Translations under genes and position numbers: made by a program | Part shown: piece after piece, positions 39,001 to 49,300 of the stretch | How the letters are laid out: every line of letters starts with the position of its first letter | Position numbering within the stretch: the first letter of the stretch is position 1 | Assembly: GCA_051362555.1 (NCBI GenBank) | Contig: CM120643.1 | Span: 10,788,001 to 10,852,000 of the forward strand | Source of the DNA: Lingula anatina | Taxonomy: Eukaryota > Animalia > Brachiopoda | Length of the DNA: 64,000 bases | Direction of reading: 5' to 3' | Notes under the pieces: generated by a model | What the model saw: the letters and a program-made list of their open reading frames with translations, nothing else | Told to the model about the DNA's origin: nothing | Databases searched by the model: none

Positions 39001-40344
39001 GAATTCTTGACAAAAAGGAAAGTAATAAAGATGCGTATAATGTATAAATATGTTAATCAAATAGGTGCAGAAACAAGCAATTATTACTTTTTTCTTTTGT
39101 TGAATTTGCTAAAGAATATCTGGACTCAATACAGAATTTGTGCCATCTTAGGACGATATAATAGTTTCGAGTGTAAATGTGTGACAATTCCCTTATGCCT
39201 TGGGGACATAGCCAATTAGTGCATGTCTAACATCTCTGTGTACCTAAGTTCACAGCTAAGCCTTTATATGAATCTGAGATAATTTCAATAGTCCCAACTG
39301 TCAGACTTTTGTGTTCTACTAGATTCCTAATGGAGACTATTATATGTTTATATGTTGGTTTGTAATGTGTAGTAACTTGTTCTGTATGGCAATGTAAGTG
39401 ATGCTTTCTGTTAGTAACCAGGCACTTGAAGTGAAATGTGGTGACACTGTCATACCTTTCAATAAGTATCTGAAGTACCTTGGCATTACATTGGATCGGA
39501 GCCTCAACTACAAGGCTCACATCAACAAGGTCGCTGCAAAGGTTGGAGCGAGAAACACCCTCTTGAAGAGGCTGGCAGGAACTACCTGGGGGGCAAACTT
39601 TCCCACCCTGAGTAATACCTCCCTTGCCCTGGCTTACTCCACTGCAGAATATTGCGCCCCTGTGTGGTGCAGGAGTAGCCATACAAAGACAATTGATACA
39701 GCCCTAAACAACAGCATGAGGCTTATCACAGGATGTCTGAGATCAACACCAAAACCCTATCTCCCGGTACTAAGCGGCATACCTCCCCCAGATATCAGAC
39801 GGGATCAACGTTGTCTCCAACTGGCCAACAGAACACATGAGCCAGGACATCTATTGTTCCAGCGACTCCAGCAAGATGAGGAATATACCAGGCTTTCCTC
39901 AAGGGCTCTACTGATTTCATACTTGCGAAAGTTAGAGGAGGACAAAAATGAAATATCAAAAGAGACATGGGGAATGGTGAAAAGGCAGGAAGAATGGGAT
40001 GTCCTCCAAAATGGCAGACTGTATGACTTCATTCCTGAAGTGAGCACCTGACCACCTGGTCATGAGCTGGGTCGCCTATCATGGACTCGACTGAACCGCA
40101 TCAGAACAGGTCATGGCAGTTTCCTACCCGTAACATGTTTGAATGTCTGATCTGTCAATCTCAAGCATGCATCTGGTGCCCCCCTACAAACAGTCAACCA
40201 CATCCTAGACACTTGTCAGCTGCATCAGTGCCCAGGGTTGGACTCACTTAAGTCGTTAGATGGAAGAGCTAAAGACTGGCTTGAAAATGCCAATATAATC
40301 CTTTGACTTTTGATTCTTGAGTGTACATTACCTAGATGAAAATG

Positions 40345-40387
<43 letters not shown>

Positions 40388-43300
40388 TGTTATTTTGTGC
40401 AATGTATTCTGTCACTCCCCTTTATTAGTGCTGTTAACATCCAATGAGACTACTGTATTGTAGTTTGTGTCTGTTGTATATATATATATATATATATGTT
40501 ATAATATATGTTTAGTGTAAAAAATGTGTTTTGTTTTGTGATGTCAATAAAATTGAAAAAAAAAAAAAAGAAAATCTCCAAGTTACCTTTGAATAACCAC
40601 GCCCAAGTTCTGCAAAATTATTGAAAGGACCATGCTGGAATCATTGTTTTTCTTCCTCACATTTTTTTTGGTCTAAAAATTAGATCACCAAGTACTAGTA
40701 GGTTGAATTAAGACTGTAAGATTTGCAATTTGCAAATCGAGGCAATTTCCACCACTATAAGGTCTGGACATTATTCAAGTTAAAATTAAATTGGTAATCA
40801 AAGAATAAAACCACAAAAATTACAATTATGACTAAAATCACCAAGGGCAAAGTATACTGTTTTGTACCTTTAAATGAAGGTGTAGGGAAGTACCAAAGCC
40901 ATTAGATTGGGCTTCTTCTTCCTCTCTTTTGCCTTGTAAGTGCTTGATAATTTGAAGTATTGTAAGTCTTGTTCCCAAACAGCTTGAAAAAAATTAATGT
41001 TCAAATAATAAATATATAGTGGGAGATCAATTTTAAAAGCAATAAACATTATTCTTAATAAAAAAATTGTATGTTGATCTTTTTTTTTAAAATTATTTGC
41101 CAAAGTTTTGATAAACGTGCTTAATTTAACAAAAAATTTAATTATTATTTTGTACTACCTAAAAGTATAACCACATACTCATATACCCACACCCAGTCTC
41201 TCTCTCTCTCTCTCACACACACACATACACACGCACACACACACACACATACACACACACAGACACACACACACACACACACAAGCACACACACACTGAG
41301 CTATAAGGTGGCAATTCCACTCACGCCACTCCTATTTTTGCCAGCTGTTCTTCTGTTAGGTCAGGAAGGACTGAACCGGATATTGCTTCAGCTGAAATGT
41401 ACGAAAGTGAAAGTTACCAAATTGTCTAGTAAGCTTTAAACATATGGCAAACAAACTTAACAGTCTGAATATCAAATGTTTATAATGCACAAAGTCATCT
41501 AAATGATGTTAGCGCGTGATCTTTTATGACTGGGAAACAAAGTCTTTTACAGCTGTCTAGATATTAAATGAACCAAGTCACCTTAAAATGTGAACACGTG
41601 ACACTGTATAATTGTACGTTAAACTGTATTTTCTGAGAAATTTTCATCTCTTCTTGTTTACTGCATTTTCAAAAATTCTTTTTGTTTTTTTTTTGTGAGT
41701 TTCTATTTATTTCAATACTGGAAGTGAAACTAAATTAAATTGCTTAATCTTGTAGGCAGGGTTGGCAGTTTCCTTTCCAGACTTGTTATAGAATTCAGAG
41801 TGTTGGCCTTTAAGGTGGAAACTGGGGAAACATGTTTTATTATAGTCTAGTTATGAAATGTTCACAATGAACAAAGCCATCTCCAAACATGTGACCCTTT
41901 AAAATTGTAACCATCAAGTTTTTCCGAGAATTGTTCAACTCTTAAATGACATGTTTAGTATATTTTTTATTTAGTAATTACTTTTTTTTTTTTTTTGGTG
42001 AGTTTCCACTCATTTCCATGCTGAAAGTGAAACTAAATTGTGTTGCTTAAGCCTGCCACACACAGAACAATTTTTCGCCGGCTGACAAAAGTCGGCCGAT
42101 CAGTCGTCCTGGATGAGATCAGTGCATACACACGACAAGCTGTCGCAACAAAGCGCCGACTGATGTGGTGAAAGTGACTTAGTTATTATCTCGTCCGCGA
42201 GGTGGGGTGTTGTTTAATTTAATCAGGAAAGGTTTCTGTAGGCCTATTTATATTTTATATCTGATATTGTAATGATAAGAGTTAAAATTAAATGTAAGTG
42301 TATAACAAGATTACTTTAATTAATTTAATTGAAAAATGAGCAAATTTAAATGCCCAAATTTTCTAAATCAACGCAATACTCATAGACCATAAAAATACAG
42401 CCTATAGGATGACAACAGTATGTCAGTTTAGACAGATTTAGTTGCCTCGATGCAGCGTTACGTCGTTAAATGGTTTATGACGCTGAAAATTTAAAAAAAA
42501 CTAATACTAATAAAAAATTATAGGGCCTTCCATCATACTGAATTGAATTGAATTCTGACATGGGCACGTGATATCAGATGGCGCAACCATTGGCTGAAGA
42601 TAATGATCAGCGCGACAAATTGTCGTAGGAAAGCGCACACACTACGGTGCGACGTTTAAAAATCAAACATGTTTGATTCTCTCCTGACTAGTTGAAAAGT
42701 TGTCGTGGAGCAGCGCAGACATTTTGTCCGATATTTTGTCGTAAGTGTGTTGGCCGACAAAAAATCGTTCTGTGTGCGGCGGGCTTTAATCTAGAAGCAT
42801 GATAAGCAATTTCCTTTCCAGACAGATATCAAATTCACATCTGCTTTTAAACCATTTTACGTGTTTATCCTGATAATTATTCAACTCTTATCTGTTCAAC
42901 TTGTATTATGATTGTTAACTCTGGAAGGCAATATTGGCAATTTCCTTGCCAGACTTGTTATCTTATCAAGGCTTTTCCCAGACATCATTTGGATGGCCGC
43001 AGGCATCACCAGTGGCATGCATTTTCAAAGATGGCTGGAGGGCTTACAAATTTTTTGAACAAGGCAGCAAAGCTGTCAAATGTACAGACAAAAAACAGAA
43101 AATAAAGATGCAAAATAGGTCATTTTGTCAATTTTGATGCAATAATAAATAATGCTTATAATAACACAGTCAGTTAACACTGATTTTTAATCATGCACCA
43201 GTGTTCATTCTAGGATGCGCCCTTGCGTCATTGACGCAGAAAAAATGTGGTTGACGCAATTCGTAGAGTGAGCTGCGCCAACAAAATTCAAGAGAATTAA

Positions 43301-46300
43301 CAGCGGCGCATTTTTTTGTTCTAAACGCGCCCTCCAATTCAGCAAATTCACGGCCGAAGTTTGATAGTTTACTTGACTTCTCTTGACATCAAGATCTAAT
43401 GTTAAACGTAACGAAATTCTTTACTCGTCGCAGTTTTAACAAAGATCTTAATTTATGCTGACGTCATGCGCTTTATGCAAATCAGTGGCGATCGCCCCTC
43501 CTTTCCTGAATCCCTGATAGGCTGAGATTAATCCATGTAGGTCAATTTGATCAACCCGTACATTGTGCTATGATGGCGGAGAAAAAGCATAATCTAATAG
43601 TATTTTAAGTTTTTTAAAGAAAATCGATCCCGAAGATCACTCTAAATAAAGTCTAAAACGGCTCAGAACAGTAGCGACGGAGATGATCATGTTCATGCAC
43701 AGCAGACATTCCCATCAGAAAAGAGAACAAAAGTTTGTGCAGCCGTCACGACTGCTGATACTGCGTCGAATAGCAATGCAACTTCAAGGTCGTTTCAAAA
43801 ATGGTGGAGAAATACTTACAAGTGGCCTGTACACGACGATAACGCACACTTGGTGTATTGCAGCTTTTGCATTGAAAAAAAGGACAATATCTTCTTTCAA
43901 GGGACTAATAACTTTCGAACGAGTAACCTTATGCGACATGAGACGTCCGCTGCCATGCAAGAAACGTCGGAAGCAGCTCAAGCTGAACAAGCTTTTTGCA
44001 GAGCTTTAGAAGGTAAGATATTATTTTTTGTCAATATTTATTTATAACACAGAGCATGAGACATCAAAGTGATTATCGTGACGGTCCCGGACCCACGTGT
44101 TGTAATTATATTTGTGCAGTTTGAGGAACTCTTGACAGTGCATTCTGGGATATCGCAATGCTGAACAACTATATAAACAATGTGTTTGCTGCGTCGCATT
44201 GACACTGGGCGTCAAGCTCATGTTATTTCCCTGAACCTTATTTTTTGTATATATAGGTAAAATTTTTCACATTCATTTTTCATAATTTTATTGTGTTGAG
44301 AGATTTGGTCTCAGTTCATGGTGATTAAGAGAAAAATAAAGGTCTTAGTGTGCTGGAGTATTCTTTGTGGATACCTTCAACACTACTTATCATTTTATGC
44401 AGTTTTTATGCCCAAATTCAAATTTAATTGTAACTTTTATAACATTTCTAGGTAAAGATGGAGCAATCATGGCAGTCGTGAAATCAGTTTACTGGATTGT
44501 TTAAGAGGGCATTTCAGTTCACAAGTTTGGAAGTACTTAAATGTTGTCTGGTATACCTGGCAGCTAAATTGAAGAATTTCTCCTGAAAGTGGAGAAAAGG
44601 TCATCGTAAATTCTCCAGGGACCACCTTCTGACTTGTGCTAATTATGAGAAACAGTGCAAGGCAATACAGTGTCAATTCATTGACAATCTCATTAACAAC
44701 ATCAAAAAAGGAACGATTCTCAAAGTGATTTTTAGTAAGACCTATGTCTCTGCTGTCGAAATATGTGTGATATCATTCTCAATCTGGTAGCTTTTTATCA
44801 ACGAATTATATTTCATTATCAGGGATGAGACAATTTCATAAGTCATGAATGCATGCCAGTTAGTCAAGGGTCATTAATAATGGTACAGAGGACAGAAGAG
44901 GTAAAATTAAATGGATTTTTCATAAATTGAAGCCAAAAATGGGTTTAAAATGTTGTTATAGTAAGAACTTGGTTATTGGTAAATAAATCGTGAACATATT
45001 TTAGTGTTATCTTATACTTGTTAACAAAAATTGGAGCGTCAAGGGTTTTGTTTTAGAAAATTGGGATTACTTATTGAATGTGATCACCTATAAGTCAAAA
45101 TATTTTTATAATACATTTTTTTCATCTCTGAACATAAATACCACAGCAGTAAAACAACATGCCTTACATATTATAATTTCAAGATTTGAACAAGGGCCCA
45201 CTTTAAAATGTAATGACCCACTTTTTTTAATGCTGGGGGCCCTTTGTCCCACATTGAAACATTCCTAGAATGAACACTGATGCACAACAGGTAACATGGT
45301 CAATAACAGGAGCAGATCCAGAGATATTTTCTGACAGTATTCCAAAGTATCTTTGTTGATCCATCCTCCACTTTTGATGGTCTTCCAACAGAAAAAAAAT
45401 TGATACCAGTCAATGTAAACTTTAAAATCTGACCGTCATCTGAAAGACCCAGAAGACAGCCTCAATCCACCCCTGCAATAAGATTACAGTTTCTGGACCA
45501 TGAGAGTTCAAATTCACATAATGAAAATCCCAATATTTGAAAAATGTTGACAGTGCATAAAATAACATTACATATTGTTTAAAGACATAAAAACCTATGC
45601 AACTGCTTATGTGGAAATACAGAAAATCTGAAGAGCTTCAGGTGGATGGGAGTTGAAAATGCCAGTGTTTGGAAAAAAATTAAAAAGAAAACACAACAAA
45701 AAAATTCCAATAAAGCTGCTATTCAAACTTTTAGTCTTGCTGTATTAACATGATATGAATAATCCCAATGTGTTTGAGGATAATAAGACACTGTTATTCA
45801 TCTATAGCATTAATGTTGGCATTACACAAATTTTTTCTTCTGTAAACTTATTGGCAATATTAAACAACATTTACCTGCATAATTATCACCAATTCCTAAT
45901 TATGTGACACAGTAAAGAGAGCTTAAAGACAGTCTCAGCGCGTTAAACCCTTAAAATAGCACCAAAATGAATTTTCCTGGAAATCTCACCAATTTCCCCA
46001 TAATGACCAAGGTATATCCTATCCAAAACCGTTCAGAAAATGAAGCTACCTAATACCGTTTTTAAGTTCCATTAAATAATAAAAGACGACTCGTCTTAAA
46101 TACTCAGCTACCACCTCACAGTATGGCTTCAGAACGCGCAATTTCTCGCTAAGTCTCGCGGTTTACTATGAATGAAGTACTACGGCTGAGACCCGGATGT
46201 TACTATTTGGCGCCAAAACAGCAAACATGGCTCAGACGCGCGTCAAGTCTGAAGAGGAGAGCGACAAAAGGGGACGAAAGAAAATAGCCACTCCAGTTCG

Positions 46301-49300
46301 AAAGATACGAAAGAAAATTAGAGACAGACGAAGAAGCACTCAGACTGTGTATGTTGGGAGGGAGGTGGGGCGGTGGAGGACACTTCAAGCTGAGTTAGGA
46401 CTCACATACGAGGCAATGGCGAAACTACTCCTCGACACGTGAGTATGCGCTTCACAGGTCTCAAGTGTGAATGATTATCATATTAGCCTGTTCACAATAA
46501 ATGACAATATTTGTGCTCATACAAAGTTGGTTACGTGTATAAGAGCGTTTTGGGCTTTACGTTTTCTGTTTTTGATCGGTACATGTGCCGAAAAGATGGA
46601 CAGGCGGCACTTACATGTCTGACAAGTTTCGCTGTGTAGTCGTGACGTCTATCTCATTCTGACTGAAGCCTGCTGTGATTGGTCGTAAGCGTGGGAAAAT
46701 CGAGGTCGTGACCTTGAGCCGGAAGTACTTCTGGCTGTGCTCCGAAATCATGATAAATAGTTTTTGTTTTCTAATTCTTTATTCTAGTTGTCTTAACAGG
46801 ACTTTTGTGACTCAGACTTATTAATATAATAATAAACAATCTCACAAAATACAATTCTGATCAAAGTTTTACATAGAACCTGCTTCTATACATTAATCTA
46901 ACCCACTGAGACTGTCTTTAACCTATAGGACTTGAATGGGAAATCTCAACGTGTGTTTAATGTAATCTTATTTAATGGGCACTTGAAAATTAATTAGGCA
47001 AGTAATTTTATAGCTCTGAATATAGCTAGTGATTATCCCAAGGGACAATTACCACCATCCATAAACAGTAGCCCCATATAGCACTCTATAGAGCTGCATT
47101 GCTTCCAAAACAGAAAACAATTACACTGATTTCCAACACAAGCTACACTTCAGTCCTATGAAACTTTTCAGTAAGTTAGAATATCATCAGTAAAATGGTT
47201 TTTCCTTAATGGTCATCCCAGCAGCAATGTCCAAAAAAGGGTTTTTTTCATCTTTTATGCAATTTAACATAATGCATAACAGCACAATGGCCATCCATTT
47301 TTAATAATAAAGTAAATGTATCATAGCTATTCAAAAGATGTGACTAGCAATGGTATTCAAGCCAATGGAAGTTCAAAGACTAAGTCAAACCTTCAAAATG
47401 TCCATATGTGAAAATTTTAATTGTAACAAAAAACTATATAATTTCCAAGAAAGTTAACCGATATAACAGGTTTTCCAACTGAAGCTATAATTTAGTGCTA
47501 TGCTACATTTCTGTAAGTTTGAGAAGAGTAAGAGTACTCTTTGAGAAGAGTAAGTGACTTTAATGGTCACTATGGAGACATTGTCTAAAATGGGGTTGTC
47601 TTCAATTTTGATGCAATATTACATAATGCTTAACAGCATAATGACCATCAGTTTTTAATAATAAAATAAAAGTATCAAGGATATTCAGAAAATTTGATAT
47701 GGAAAGGTCTTCAGGGCCATGGAAGTTCAGAGTCACAACTTCAAAATGCCAAAATGTACGCAAGAAATAACTGTACTGAAATGAATTTCTTTCCACATTC
47801 AACACTTTTTTTACATATATCAAAATAATCAATTTACTGTCATTTTTAAATGATCAACTAAGAAAGTTGTTGACATAGGAAGAATATCAATAGAACAATT
47901 TTAAATGTCCAATTTGTTCCATTCTGAGATTCTGAACATGGTGAATGATTGAATCTGACAAACTGTAAAGATATGAGTTTATTTCCATTTTTGACACTTT
48001 ATTACACAATGCACAATAACAGGTTTACCATCATTTTTATATAATCAACTAACAATATTGTTAAGATGCAGAAAATGTCAAAAGAACACCTTTACATTAC
48101 TAATTAGTTCACAAATGAGATTGTTAACATGCCTAAGAATTAAATCCGAGGAAAAAAGACTTATATACAAAAAAAAGGCACAATTTCACCAAAACTGAAC
48201 CGATCAAGCTTATTTTCGAACCTTATCTGTATTTTAGTAAATCTGATCACCCCTGTGAATTTCAAGACGATTGGCTAATTTATTTTCCTTGAAATGTGTT
48301 ATCGGTGTTGCACATATGCTGAAATAGTGAAAAAACAGCATAACTTCCATAAAAATGGCCGATCAGGCTAATTTTCGAACTTGACCTGCGTATTATGAAT
48401 ATTCATCATTTCAGTAACTTATAAGCCAAAAAGTAAAACGATTTTTTGCTTATCGTGTTATCAGTGTTGCATTTATGCTGAAAAAAATGAAAAAATAGCA
48501 TAACTTCCACAAATATTGCCCGATCATGCTGATTTTCGAACTTGACCTGCGTATTATAAATATTCATCAGTTTTGTAAGTTTCAAGCCAAAAATTAAAAT
48601 GGTTTTCCACTTATCGTGTTATCGGTGCTGCATATATGCTGAAAAATGTGAAAAAACAGCATAACTTCCCTACAAGTGACCCGATCATGCTGATTTTCGA
48701 ACTTGACCTGCGTATTATAAATATTTATCAATTCTGTAAGTTTCAAGCTGAAATGAAAAACAGTTTTCCACTTATCGTGTTATCGGTAAAAGTGCACGGC
48801 GACGGCGACGACAGACGCAGGTGATGGCTAAATGTACAGACACATCTGTGTCTGTACATAAAAATGACGACTTGGCTTGTCGGATCAGCAGTTGATGTCC
48901 CACTAAATTTTTATAAAGTAATATATGACATGCCCAGGTTGTACTATGCGTCCCAGTTGAATAATACTACTTTGTTTTAATCACAACCCAAAGCTTATAA
49001 AACACAATAAAACATTTCAATTAACTTTTAAAAATAATACACCCAGAAAACAGAAGTGTCAAGAGTGGCCCACCTTCAGTATAAAACATGTATAGACATT
49101 AAACAAAGTTGGAGCAAACTTAATGCCAAATTATGGGAGGGGAAACCCTCTTGACCTGACAGCCCTGATAGATGGGAAGACAATTTTCATATCGTCAGCA
49201 AGAGATCGTTCATGATCCAAGCAAGATGAAAAGGCAATTTTCATATTCAATCACGGGACTTCATTTGCTGAAGAGCATCAGTTGGGATTCTTCGCCGTCC

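Larger units (their letters stand above)
36340..40569 (+). mobile_element. Degenerate 5'-truncated Tx1/L1-clade LINE with two nested insertions
   Basis: Broken ORF2: [57 protein letters not shown] near 40546 and poly(A) at 40557-40569. Start approximate. Confidence 0.85.
43058..48864 (-). mobile_element. Helentron-type non-autonomous element, copy 2, carrying two nested transposons
   Basis: Same termini and internal order as 31228-34841. Confidence 0.72.

Noticed and set aside
40587-40672. 86-nt candidate SAMHD1 exon
   Set aside because: Contains a TGA in the frames needed to join its neighbours; only the 23-nt sub-segment remains possible.
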